This document shows, piece after piece, positions 46,251-55,210 of a DNA stretch of 64,000 nucleotides. How positions within the stretch are numbered: the first letter of the stretch is position 1; each line of letters opens with the position of its first letter. Under the pieces are notes generated by a model that saw only the letters and a program-made list of their open reading frames with translations, searched no databases and was not told where the DNA came from. The DNA comes from Candidatus Enterousia sp. (GTDB lineage Bacteria > Pseudomonadota > Alphaproteobacteria > Rs-D84). The DNA is taken from contig JAZRIB010000012.1 in NCBI GenBank assembly GCA_045645065.1, forward strand, positions 5,282 to 69,281, given 5' to 3'. The position numbers and the translations under genes were made by a program.

Positions 46251-46670
46251 ATGTTGTCGGGAATACGTATTTTTTCCAAAGATAAAATTTGGCGGCATAT
46301 TCTGTCTGAATTAAATGCTGTTGTCTTAGACGCGCCAACGGTAACCGATATAGATTTTTCTGATATGGACATTGTCGACACCATCAGTCCGCTGGAATTA
46401 AAGGCGCGAATCCTGTCACTATCCGATAATTCGCGTATATTATCTGTGGTTTTTGGTGCGCCAACATCGTTGCCCTATGTCCAAGGAAAATTGGTTGTCG
46501 CGCTTTACAAAAGTGGCGGTATGTCATCAACAGAACTTAAACGCGTGTTGGGGTATGCCTCAGACACGGCGACACATGCGGTTGATACCGCTATCTATCA
46601 GTTACGTCGTAAATTTGGTCGTGATTTCATTGTTACATGTAATGGGGTGTATAAACTTGGCCGGATATAA
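46251..46670 (+). CDS. Winged-helix (OmpR/PhoB C-terminal-like) DNA-binding protein
   Basis: Start uncertain (ATG 46200 or 46251). LSDNSRILSVVFGAP.. then TELKRVLGY..THAVDTAIYQLRRKFGRDFIVTCNGVYKL is trans_reg_C-like. Confidence 0.5.
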   Translation: MLSGIRIFSKDKIWRHILSELNAVVLDAPTVTDIDFSDMDIVDTISPLELKARILSLSDNSRILSVVFGAPTSLPYVQGKLVVALYKSGGMSSTELKRVLGYASDTATHAVDTAIYQLRRKFGRDFIVTCNGVYKLGRI

Positions 46671-47328
46671 AGTATTTTCGTTTGATAAAATCCCCAGTAC
46701 CCAAGATATGGCACACGAAATAATCGCAAATGGGACGGCATCTAATCGTACGGCTGTTGTGGCACTGGCACAAAGTGCGGGACGTGGTCGTCATCGTCGC
46801 AAATGGGTGTCTCATCATGGAAATTTGTACGCCAGTTTTATTTATGAATGTGAAACACGGGATGGACGTTTGGCATATGCAATAGCGGTTGCGGTTGCTG
46901 AAACGTTAATTTCATATGGGGTTACGCCGACGATAAAATGGCCAAATGATATTTTGATTGATGGTCAAAAAGTGTGTGGGATTTTGATTGAATATTCTGG
47001 GGCATATGTTGTTGTTGGTATCGGAATAAATATTAAGACAAATCCGACTGTTCGTGAATATAAAACAACTAAATTAAATAATTATGCACGCGCAATATCA
47101 GACAAAGAATTGTTGGGGGTGTTGATGCGTAATCTGGATAAGTGGCGCAGAATGGATTTTTCATCTGTGCGCACACGTTGGATGCAATTGGTTGAACATC
47201 TGAACCAAGATGTTTTATACCACGGATTGCCGGCAGAATTGATTGGTATAAATGAAAATGGTGCGCTGATACTGCGTCGTGACACACGTTATTTGTTGGT
47301 TTATGGTGATGAAATAACGATGTTGTGA
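46642..47328 (+). CDS. birA: Biotin--[acetyl-CoA-carboxylase] ligase (group I, no HTH)
   Basis: FDKIPSTQD, AQSAGRGRHRRKWVS (GRGRxGR), KWPNDILIDGQKVCGILIE. Confidence 0.85.
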   Translation: MGCINLAGYKVFSFDKIPSTQDMAHEIIANGTASNRTAVVALAQSAGRGRHRRKWVSHHGNLYASFIYECETRDGRLAYAIAVAVAETLISYGVTPTIKWPNDILIDGQKVCGILIEYSGAYVVVGIGINIKTNPTVREYKTTKLNNYARAISDKELLGVLMRNLDKWRRMDFSSVRTRWMQLVEHLNQDVLYHGLPAELIGINENGALILRRDTRYLLVYGDEITML

Positions 47329-47360
47329 TGTCTGTATTGTGGCGATGTAAAATTATATGC

Positions 47361-47389
47361 TTGACTTTGATGTGAAAATATGATATACT
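47361..47389 (+). promoter_or_regulatory. Strong extended -10 promoter at the head of the phage-like cluster
   Basis: TTGACT, 17-nt spacer, TGaTATACT. Confidence 0.6.
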
Positions 47390-47415
47390 GATGCACATCA
47401 ACAGCAGAAATGATA

Positions 47416-47484
47416 TCCACAACGAAGGTTGGGGATTTTTTTTGTCTGTTTTTTTACCCGTACAATTTTTGTGCGGGTTTTTTA
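47416..47484 (+). terminator. Two tandem intrinsic terminators inside the leader of the phage-like cluster
   Basis: TCCACAAC-gaag-GTTGGGGA plus T8 (47416-43), and ACCCGTAC-aattttt-GTGCGGGT plus T6 (47456-84). Both lie between the promoter and the first ATG. Confidence 0.55.
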
Positions 47485-47518
47485 TTTATCAAAAATCTAA
47501 ATGGGGGGATTGTCAGAA

Positions 47519-47929
47519 ATGAAATTACAACTGATAAAAAATCCGGACGAAACAAAAAAATTATCATATCAAATTGCACGTGTTGTCTATGCAGAAACAT
47601 CTGCGTCATCACTGCCCGCGGTCGAAGCAATGGTATCAATGATAAAAAACGCATCGCGTGCCACCGGGGTAAATATTGCACAAATAATATCTGATACCGA
47701 TATGTTTGAATCATTAAATGATACATCAATGCGTCATGAAATGTTGTCGGTCCCCCCATCAGATCGTGGTTTTCAAATGTGCCTGCGTGTTGTGTCGCGT
47801 ATGTTGGCGGGCGGGTTGCCGGATATGTGCCGTGGTGCGACACGTTTTCATCATGGTGACATATTACCAGATTGGGCGCGTACACGCGGCTATATACTAG
47901 ATATTGATGAATTATTATTTTACTTGTAA
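47519..47929 (+). CDS. Cell wall hydrolase (SleB/Hydrolase_2-like)
   Basis: IARVVYAETSA..AMVSMIKN..RGATRFHHGDILPDWA..LLFY pattern. Confidence 0.65.
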   Translation: MKLQLIKNPDETKKLSYQIARVVYAETSASSLPAVEAMVSMIKNASRATGVNIAQIISDTDMFESLNDTSMRHEMLSVPPSDRGFQMCLRVVSRMLAGGLPDMCRGATRFHHGDILPDWARTRGYILDIDELLFYL

Positions 47930-47944
47930 TGGAATAAATTAAAT

Positions 47945-48142
47945 ATGAACAAATTTTTTAATGGTGGATTCCTGAACGGTTATCGCACATACATTATGTC
48001 TGGCGTTGGAATATTATCTGCGATTGCAGCATATATTGTCGGGGATACAGATATATTTATAATGTTGCAAAATATTTTTACACTGGGTGGAATTTACTTC
48101 TTACGCAAATCAAATGAACCAAAGGAAAAAACAAATGGATAA
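47945..48142 (+). CDS. Small membrane protein (holin-like by position)
   Basis: 65 aa, two hydrophobic segments, charged C-terminus. Sits next to the hydrolase. Confidence 0.4.
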   Translation: MNKFFNGGFLNGYRTYIMSGVGILSAIAAYIVGDTDIFIMLQNIFTLGGIYFLRKSNEPKEKTNG

Positions 48143-48791
48143 AATTCCAGAAAAATTTTTGAATGACGATGGAACGTTAAACGCAACTGCGCTATTAAAA
48201 TCATATTCTGAATTAGAAAAAAAGATTGGCACAATGATAACCGTACCAACAGATGACAGTGATGAAAATGTTCGCACACGTTTTAATCGCGCAATTGGTG
48301 TACCGCAATCAGCGAATGAATATCCAACAAATGAATTGTTTGATGATGAAAATCTAAAAAATAAATTTCACGAAATTGGATTAACAACACACCAAGTTGA
48401 AAAAATTTATTCTATTGCAAATGAAATTCTTGCGCCTGTGATATCAGAATTATATGCAATGCAAAATGAAAAAAACGCAATCACAGAATTAAAAAAATTT
48501 TTTGGTGACAATGAAAAAATGAATGATGCGTTGCGTGCCATTGAAGCGTTTGGTAAACAATATTTACCAGTCGATGCGTTTGATGAATTGTGTTCCTCGC
48601 CCCAGGGAATCCAAGGTGTTTATCGAATGATGCAATCAATGGAACCAAATGTTGAAACAGAAAAAAATGAAATAAAAAATTTATCAGATTCTGATTTGCG
48701 ACGTATGATGCGTGACCCAAAATATTGGCGTGATGGTGATACAGAATACATTCGCAAAATAGAAAATGGATTTAAAAAATTATATTCATAA
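48135..48791 (+). CDS. Capsid scaffolding/assembly protein (T7 gp9-like)
   Basis: Start moved to MDKIPEKFLNDDG. C-terminal LRRMMRDPKYWRDGDTEYIRKIENGF parallels the T7 gp9 tail MIKAMSDPRYRTDANYRRQVEQKV (recalled). Confidence 0.7.
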   Translation: MDKIPEKFLNDDGTLNATALLKSYSELEKKIGTMITVPTDDSDENVRTRFNRAIGVPQSANEYPTNELFDDENLKNKFHEIGLTTHQVEKIYSIANEILAPVISELYAMQNEKNAITELKKFFGDNEKMNDALRAIEAFGKQYLPVDAFDELCSSPQGIQGVYRMMQSMEPNVETEKNEIKNLSDSDLRRMMRDPKYWRDGDTEYIRKIENGFKKLYS

Positions 48792-48895
48792 GAAAAAATA
48801 TCACTTTCTTCTTTACTATTTTTTGATATTCATATAAAATACACAGTAAGAACAAAACAGATTTGTTCTATTTAAAAAATAGAAAGGAGAGGAAT

Positions 48896-49357
48896 ATGGC
48901 ATTCAGCCTGTTTAAGAAATCTGCTAAGAAAGCAGTTGCAAAACCAGTTGCAAAAAAAGAACCAGCAAAAAAACCAGTTGCAAAAAAAGCGCCTGCAAAA
49001 AAAGTAGCAGCAAAACCAGTTGCAAAGAAAGCACCTGCGAAAAAAGTAGCGGCAAAACCAGTTGCAAAGAAAGCACCTGCGAAAAAAACAGCAGCAAAAC
49101 CAGTTGCAAAGAAAGCACCTGCAAAAAAAGTAGCAGCAAAACCAGTTGCAAAGAAAGCACCTGCAAAAAAAGTAGTTGCAAAACCAGTTGCAAAGAAAGC
49201 ACCTGCAAAAAAAGTAGCGGCAAAACCAGTTGCAAAGAAAGCACCTGCGAAAAAAGTAGCAGCAAAACCAGTTGCAAAGAAAGTACCTGCGCAAAAAGTA
49301 GCAGTAAAACCATGTGCAAAAAAAGCATGTGCAAAAAAATGCGCAAAAAAGAAATAA
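48896..49357 (+). CDS. Histone H1-like Lys/Ala/Pro repeat protein with Cys-rich tail
   Basis: GGAGAGG RBS. About eight tandem [14 protein letters not shown] units. Tail [16 protein letters not shown]. Confidence 0.7.
   Translation: MAFSLFKKSAKKAVAKPVAKKEPAKKPVAKKAPAKKVAAKPVAKKAPAKKVAAKPVAKKAPAKKTAAKPVAKKAPAKKVAAKPVAKKAPAKKVVAKPVAKKAPAKKVAAKPVAKKAPAKKVAAKPVAKKVPAQKVAVKPCAKKACAKKCAKKK
48941..49306 (+). repeat. 42-nt coding tandem repeat (about 8 full units plus degenerate lead-in)
   Basis: aaaccagttgcaaagaaagcacctgcgaaaaaagtagcggca repeated head-to-tail with few substitutions. Confidence 0.9.
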
Positions 49358-49379
49358 TATAATTCATATTATTAATAAG

Positions 49380-49448
49380 CCCGGACAAACGTCCGGGTTT
49401 TGTTTTCTAAAAATTCAGTCAGATAAATTCCAGTCTGACTGAATTTTT
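49380..49448 (+). terminator. Two consecutive hairpins between the H1-like gene and the capsid gene
   Basis: CCCGGAC-aaac-GTCCGGG plus Ts, then a perfect 15-bp inverted repeat AAAAATTCAGTCAGA..TCTGACTGAATTTTT. Confidence 0.6.
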
Positions 49449-49573
49449 ATTGCGGACAAGTCTTGCCACCCCGCATTTATTTTTTATGTACACGGCGCAA
49501 TTTGCATAACCGTTACATAAATTTATCGCGCGTATGCGCTTTTTTGTATTTTAATCAAACAAAGGAAATAAAT

Positions 49574-50401
49574 ATGTCCGTTTCAATTGACCAGGTTTTC
49601 GTAAAACAATTCGAAGCCGATGTTCATTTGGCCTATCAACAGATGGGTACAAAACTGCGTTCTACTGTTCGCAGCAAATCAGGTGTTGTTGGTGCGTCCA
49701 CTACATTCCAAAAAGTTGGTCGTGGCACCGCCAGCACAAAATCACGTCACGGTATTGTTCCAGTGATGAATTTGAATCATGAACCTGTTGAATGTATGTT
49801 GACTGATTACTATGCCGGTGATTGGGTTGACGCATTAGATGAATTAAAAGTTAACATTGACGAACGTCGTGTTGTTGCGTCTGCGGGTGCGTATGCATTG
49901 GGACGCAAAACAGACGAATTAATCATTGATGCAATGAACGCATCAACATTATCTGTTGGTGATTATTCCACGGGCTTAACCAAAGATTTGATTTTGTCTG
50001 CGGTTGAAGTTTTGAATACAAACGATGTTCCTGATGATGGTCGTCGCTTTGCAGTTATTGGTGTGCACCAGTGGAATGAATTGCTGGCGATGGATGAATT
50101 TGTATCAGCGGATTATGTTGGTGATGCAAAAACATTGGTAAATGGTTTCGAAGCAAAAAAATGGTTGGGTATCACATGGGTATTGCATAATGGTTTACCT
50201 GTATCTGAATCAAATCGCGATTGCTTTATATATCACGCATCCAGCATCGGTCATGCATGCGGCCAAGAAGTCAAGACAGATATTTCATGGCACGGTGAAC
50301 GTGCGGCGCACTTTATCAGCAACAGTATGTCCCAAGGTGCAGTTTTAATCGATAACGATGGTATTGTACGTGTCAAGTGCAGTGATGCGCCTGCTGCATA
50401 A
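49574..50401 (+). CDS. Major capsid protein (T7 gp10-like, HK97 fold)
   Basis: Start moved to MSVSIDQVFVKQFEADVHLAY. Pattern parallels the T7 gp10 N-terminal region (FLKVFGGEVLTAF..). Position follows the scaffold gene. Confidence 0.75.
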   Translation: MSVSIDQVFVKQFEADVHLAYQQMGTKLRSTVRSKSGVVGASTTFQKVGRGTASTKSRHGIVPVMNLNHEPVECMLTDYYAGDWVDALDELKVNIDERRVVASAGAYALGRKTDELIIDAMNASTLSVGDYSTGLTKDLILSAVEVLNTNDVPDDGRRFAVIGVHQWNELLAMDEFVSADYVGDAKTLVNGFEAKKWLGITWVLHNGLPVSESNRDCFIYHASSIGHACGQEVKTDISWHGERAAHFISNSMSQGAVLIDNDGIVRVKCSDAPAA

Positions 50402-50439
50402 CGTGCCACAAATATATTTTTAACCAAAGGATAAAACTT

Positions 50440-50673
50440 ATGGCATTTCAAAATAAAAATTTGTCGGTTATTGCATATGCGAATGGATTTACATTGTGGC
50501 ACTATGCGTCCACAACAGAAAGCATTGCAACGATTTCATCGACGGGATACTTTAACGATGTCAAGACATTGATGAATATTGGTGACGTTGTAATTATTAA
50601 CGCATCTGATAACACATCGATAAAGAAAATTAACATCACAGCCAGCAACGTTACAACCGGTGCATTGGCATAA
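50440..50673 (+). CDS. Small head-module protein, unknown
   Basis: 77-aa ORF directly after the capsid gene. Confidence 0.4.
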   Translation: MAFQNKNLSVIAYANGFTLWHYASTTESIATISSTGYFNDVKTLMNIGDVVIINASDNTSIKKINITASNVTTGALA

Positions 50674-50742
50674 ATTTTTATTCAAACGGTGGTGTAATTT
50701 TACACCACCGCGAATTTATAAATAATTACAGTGGGGACAATT

Positions 50743-51261
50743 ATGCTTACAAAAATAGACTTGTGTTCCATGGCGTTACTGAAACTAGGCGAAGCGCCTA
50801 TTCAATCATTCAGTGATGATACAGCCACTGCACAATTGGCACGAACACTATTTGAACCCGTTACAGATGCATTAATTGCATTGCATCCATGGCGTTTTGC
50901 AACCCGACACATTGATTTAGTCCGCAACACGGATGGTGATTTTTTAATACCATCTGATGTATTGCGCGTATTGACCCCAGGGGGTGATGTTGTTGGTAAC
51001 AAAATTATTGCATCAACAGATAAAATCACGATATCAGCATGCACGCGTGTCGGTATAGATTCTTATCCGGGATATTTTGTTTCATTGGTGGCAACTAAAC
51101 TGGCAATGGAATTTTGTATTCCGTTATTGGGCGACCAGACCGTGTTCAGAATGTTAGCAGCATTGTATGAAACAGAATTGCAATCTGCTAAATTTATCGA
51201 CAGTACAACCGCCCCCAGTACAAAAATAGATAATTTTTCATTGATTAATGCACGGTTTTAA
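50743..51261 (+). CDS. Tail tubular protein A (T7 gp11-like)
   Basis: LCSMALLKLGEAPIQSFSDDTATAQLARTLF..LHPWRFA parallels T7 gp11 [38 protein letters not shown] (recalled). Confidence 0.65.
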   Translation: MLTKIDLCSMALLKLGEAPIQSFSDDTATAQLARTLFEPVTDALIALHPWRFATRHIDLVRNTDGDFLIPSDVLRVLTPGGDVVGNKIIASTDKITISACTRVGIDSYPGYFVSLVATKLAMEFCIPLLGDQTVFRMLAALYETELQSAKFIDSTTAPSTKIDNFSLINARF

Positions 51262-51273
51262 CGGGGGGGTAAA

Positions 51274-52989
51274 ATGGCAAATTTTATAAACACACAAAGT
51301 TCTTTTGCATATGGTGCTGTGTCACCTGAATTTTTTTGCCGTGATAATATTGATGGGTTATCAAAACTAGAAAATATGGACGTATTATCAGGTGGTGGTT
51401 TAACACGTCGATGCGGTCTGGAACATATTGCCACATTACAAGACAATGCGCGTCTGGTTTCGTTTTCTGTATCAGAACACGAAAATTATATTCTGGCGAT
51501 AATGTCGGGGCATATGCTTATTTATTCTGGCAACAAACTTGTTGGGGATTTATTTGTACCGTGGTCTGGGGGCGATTTAATGCGCCTGCAATATGCTCAA
51601 CGTTTTGATACGATAATATTTGTTCATCCAGACTATCCGCCACAAATCCTGACCAAGTCGCCCAGTGGTTTTGAAATAACAGATTTTATATTTGCACGTA
51701 ACGATTCTGATATGTCTGTGAATATACCGTTTATGCGGTTCGAAGACAGTCGTGACATAAAAATATCAGTTTCAACCAGTGACCGTGGCAATAATTATGC
51801 TAAATTTACCACAGATACTGATTTTTGGACGCCGGCGTATGTTGGAAATCGTTTGCTGTTATTGGATAAACAATGGCAGATAGAAGAATTTATCAGCCCA
51901 ACCGAAGTAATTGGATACATCAATGGTACATACAGTGTGCCAAGTAATTATGTGTCTGATTGGTACGAATCCGCGTTCAGTAAGGCTCGCGGTTGGCCAT
52001 GCAGTATCACATTTCACCAAGACAGACTGGTATTTGGTGGTTCGCGATCATATCCGTCTGGGGTATGGATGTCCCGTGTCGGACAACATAATAATTTTGA
52101 TGTTGGAACCGGTCTGGATGACGAAGCGATATTTATAACGCTGCTTTCACAACAGCGTCAGCAAATTTGTACCGTGGTCAGTGGTGATAACCTGCAAATT
52201 CTGACCACTGATGGGGAATGGGCGATTTCCAGTAAGCCATTAACACCGTCATTGGTCGATATAAAACAGCACACATCAGTCGGCAGTAACGCTACACGAT
52301 ATCTGCCACCGCAAAAGATAGAAGGTGCAACTGTATTCGTATCAAAAACAATGCGCGATATTCGGGAATTATCCTTGGATGATTTAGGTCAAAACTATAA
52401 TGCGACTGATTTATGTGCATTTGCAAAACACTTGATAACAAATCCTGTTGATATTGCATATAACGACGCAACGAACCAGTTATTTGTGGTTACAGATGAT
52501 GGCAATATGTCGGTGTTAAATCAGAACAGTGCGCTGGGGATTTCTGCATGGGGTCAATACAAAACATATGGAAAATTTATGTCAGTTGTGGTGACTGATG
52601 GCATAACATACGTTGTGACAATGCGCGATGGTGCATATAATCTGGAATGTTTTTCGCGTGCTGTATTAAACGATGCAAATAAATATGATTTTGCATTTTG
52701 CGCCCAATCTTTGCCATTTCGCGTATCGAATCACAATGTGTCACGCTTGCGCATACGCAAAGTTTCCGTGCGCCTATTAAATACGAAATCAGTATTTATA
52801 AACGGCACACGTGTTTCATTGCCAGATTCGATATATTCTGAAAATCATACGGGGTATTCAGGGGACGTGTCCATAAATTTACTGGGCACATCGGAATCGT
52901 GCATCACACCATATTGGACTATACACGGAAATGAACCGTATCCAATTACAGTGTTGTCGGTGTCTGTTTCTGGTGGATACAGTATTTAA
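51274..52989 (+). CDS. Tail tubular protein B (T7 gp12-like), by position and size
   Basis: 571-aa ORF immediately after the gp11-like gene. No motif I can verify. Confidence 0.5.
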   Translation: MANFINTQSSFAYGAVSPEFFCRDNIDGLSKLENMDVLSGGGLTRRCGLEHIATLQDNARLVSFSVSEHENYILAIMSGHMLIYSGNKLVGDLFVPWSGGDLMRLQYAQRFDTIIFVHPDYPPQILTKSPSGFEITDFIFARNDSDMSVNIPFMRFEDSRDIKISVSTSDRGNNYAKFTTDTDFWTPAYVGNRLLLLDKQWQIEEFISPTEVIGYINGTYSVPSNYVSDWYESAFSKARGWPCSITFHQDRLVFGGSRSYPSGVWMSRVGQHNNFDVGTGLDDEAIFITLLSQQRQQICTVVSGDNLQILTTDGEWAISSKPLTPSLVDIKQHTSVGSNATRYLPPQKIEGATVFVSKTMRDIRELSLDDLGQNYNATDLCAFAKHLITNPVDIAYNDATNQLFVVTDDGNMSVLNQNSALGISAWGQYKTYGKFMSVVVTDGITYVVTMRDGAYNLECFSRAVLNDANKYDFAFCAQSLPFRVSNHNVSRLRIRKVSVRLLNTKSVFINGTRVSLPDSIYSENHTGYSGDVSINLLGTSESCITPYWTIHGNEPYPITVLSVSVSGGYSI

Positions 52990-53022
52990 TCAACAAACTA
53001 AACACAAAAAAGGAAATTTATT

Positions 53023-53370
53023 ATGGGACAACTTGTATCAGATGTCAGTGAAATCTTGGTTTATCAAGACGAAAAAAAACAGGCAAAAAACGCTCGCCAA
53101 GAAATATTGCGACAAATGGCGACAGACCAAGCCGAAAAAACAAATCTGGTTAAAAAGGTTTTGGCAACCCAGCGTGCAAAATATGGCGCATCTGGCGTGT
53201 CATCGCGTGGCATGACCCAGGGGGCTGTACTGGCGCGGTTAAAATCAGAAACCGAACAGCCGTATACTGAAAAACGTAACGCGAATTTGAAAAAATTAAA
53301 ATCAACACGTGCCAAGAAACCTAATTTATTAAAAACAATATTGTCGCGTTTTGATGACTTAGTCGGCTAG
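53023..53370 (+). CDS. Small basic coiled-coil protein (possible internal virion protein)
   Basis: 115 aa, K/R/Q-rich. Position is equivalent to T7 gp13-16 but far smaller. Confidence 0.35.
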   Translation: MGQLVSDVSEILVYQDEKKQAKNARQEILRQMATDQAEKTNLVKKVLATQRAKYGASGVSSRGMTQGAVLARLKSETEQPYTEKRNANLKKLKSTRAKKPNLLKTILSRFDDLVG

Positions 53371-53385
53371 GAATAGGGGGGATTT

Positions 53386-53934
53386 ATGTATAAAATATCT
53401 TATATCGCAGATGGTGCAACAACTGAATTTGAATTTGCGTTCCCTTTTTTCCAGTCGGCTGATATTCATGTTGCGATAAACGAACGTGTATTGACCCCAG
53501 ACGAATATTCTGTTGTCGAAAATACAACTTTTGATGGTGGGCGTGTTGTGTTTAATGACGCGCCAATCTTGGACAGTCGCATAGATATTTATCGTATTGT
53601 TGCATTGTCGCGTGTTGTCGATTACCAGCCAACCGCAAAAATAGACCCAGAACATCTGAATGCGGATTTTAATTTTTTAATTGAAGCCTTAAAAGATATA
53701 CACGCCCCAAATGTTGACATAGAAGCATGGCGTAATGTTCATACGAATACAGTTGCGTTCTTGGAATATACCAATGATTTAATCCAAGATAAATTAACCG
53801 GTGGCGGCACATTAGGGATTTTCAAGAATCTGCTATCTGTACTGGATAATGCATTACCAAAATTGATTAATGATTATGGATATATAACCGATGATGCCCC
53901 AATCAATACGCGCGATGATTACGGTTTACTGTAA
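53386..53934 (+). CDS. Tail fibre N-terminal (tail-attachment) domain protein, T7 gp17-N-like, lacking a distal receptor-binding part
   Basis: YKISYIADGATTEFEFAFPFFQSADIHVAINERVL..IDIYRIV..VDYQP..LNADFNFLIEA matches the gp17 N-domain pattern. Only 182 aa. Confidence 0.65.
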   Translation: MYKISYIADGATTEFEFAFPFFQSADIHVAINERVLTPDEYSVVENTTFDGGRVVFNDAPILDSRIDIYRIVALSRVVDYQPTAKIDPEHLNADFNFLIEALKDIHAPNVDIEAWRNVHTNTVAFLEYTNDLIQDKLTGGGTLGIFKNLLSVLDNALPKLINDYGYITDDAPINTRDDYGLL

Positions 53935-53938
53935 TTTT

Positions 53939-54520
53939 ATGGACGAATGGAATCGTGTTCTGGGACAGACGACACCGGCGCATCATCGACAAATAATGAA
54001 TTTTTTAGTAGATGTTATAAACGATGATATGCATCGTGGATTGTTGATGGCGTTTCGTCATTCTGGCAAATCCACGGTCGTTGGAATTTTTGCAGCCTGT
54101 ACGTTATATATGTTTCCCAGCACCAGAATATTGATTTTATCTGCGCACAATACATTGGCGACACGTATGGTTGGGCACATCCGTCATATTTTGGAAAACC
54201 ATCCGTGGTGTTCTGAATTAATTCCTGTATCACGACGTGATTGGGCCACTGGCCATATAACAATAAACAGACCAATTGGGATTCGTGAACCGTCTGTTAT
54301 ATGCCAGGGTATCCATGGCAATATTACCGGTATGCGCGCAGACCTTATCATATGTGATGATATAGAAGTTCCAAATACATCAAACACTCCACAAAAGCGG
54401 GAAAATCTGCGTGAAAGATTACGCGAATTGGATTTTATCTTGTCGCCCAGTGGCACGATGATTTACATTGGTACACCGCATACCATGGATACAATATATC
54501 GCACAGACAGAACAGACTAG
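53939..54520 (+). pseudogene. Terminase large subunit, N-terminal ATPase half (interrupted)
   Basis: Walker A AFRHSGKST, Walker B LIICDDIEVP, coupling motif IGTPHT. Reads 7 aberrant codons (RTDRTD*) after ..MDTIY. Confidence 0.8.
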
Positions 54521-55173
54521 GCAACGTCTTCGCTTTTTATAGAACTGATAAATGTGCGCAGGCGCGTCAACAAATCGTCTCCGGCATTTCCAAACATCGG
54601 CAGGTACGTTTCATATTCTGGCATATCTGCTTGGATTTCTGCACGTGTACGTTCATCCAATGGTGTATTAATAATTTTATTTGCCGTATCCCATAACTGA
54701 TATGCGCGATATGTTTGTTTAACAATAAACCATTTTTTCTGCATATCTGGATAACTGCCCAGTGCATCATGAATTGCATTCGCCCATTCTTCACCGAAAC
54801 GACGAACGATATTCAAACGTTCGATTTTTTCTAATCCGGCCTGATCGGGGGTAAATTCTGCCAACACAGATTGTAATTCGTTCAAATCTTTTTGTGACAA
54901 TGTCGTATTTGTTAAATTTGATTGGGTCATCAAACCGCCATACGGTATCAAATCAGGTTCAATAGAATCCATAGGTGTTTTGCCGCTGCGCAGATTTTCA
55001 ATATGTCTGATAAGCATTTTGCCTGTTGGCATTTCGCGCAATTCTTTGATAACGTCATCTGTTGCTTCTGATACCAACACAGGGTTAACTGTTGCCCAAC
55101 CACCGATGATAACATGTTCTTGTCGGTACAGATTTAATAATCTTTGTGCGGTTGCCGCAATTCGTGCTTTCAT
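54517..55173 (-). CDS. Hypothetical protein (218 aa)
   Basis: Last gene of the inserted block. Its stop overlaps the aberrant terL-N stop in CTAG. Confidence 0.45.
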   Translation of the reverse strand: MKARIAATAQRLLNLYRQEHVIIGGWATVNPVLVSEATDDVIKELREMPTGKMLIRHIENLRSGKTPMDSIEPDLIPYGGLMTQSNLTNTTLSQKDLNELQSVLAEFTPDQAGLEKIERLNIVRRFGEEWANAIHDALGSYPDMQKKWFIVKQTYRAYQLWDTANKIINTPLDERTRAEIQADMPEYETYLPMFGNAGDDLLTRLRTFISSIKSEDVA

Positions 55174-55210
55174 ATTATGCCTCTCTCACTCTGGTACGGA
55201 ATCTGTTGCG

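Noticed and set aside
48941-49306. Regular 42-nt repeats that could be mistaken for a CRISPR array
   Set aside because: The repeats are contiguous with no spacers and lie in frame inside an ORF with an RBS, encoding [14 protein letters not shown]. No cas genes are present. The long antisense ORFs 48872..49294 and 48924..49388 are artefacts of the repeat.
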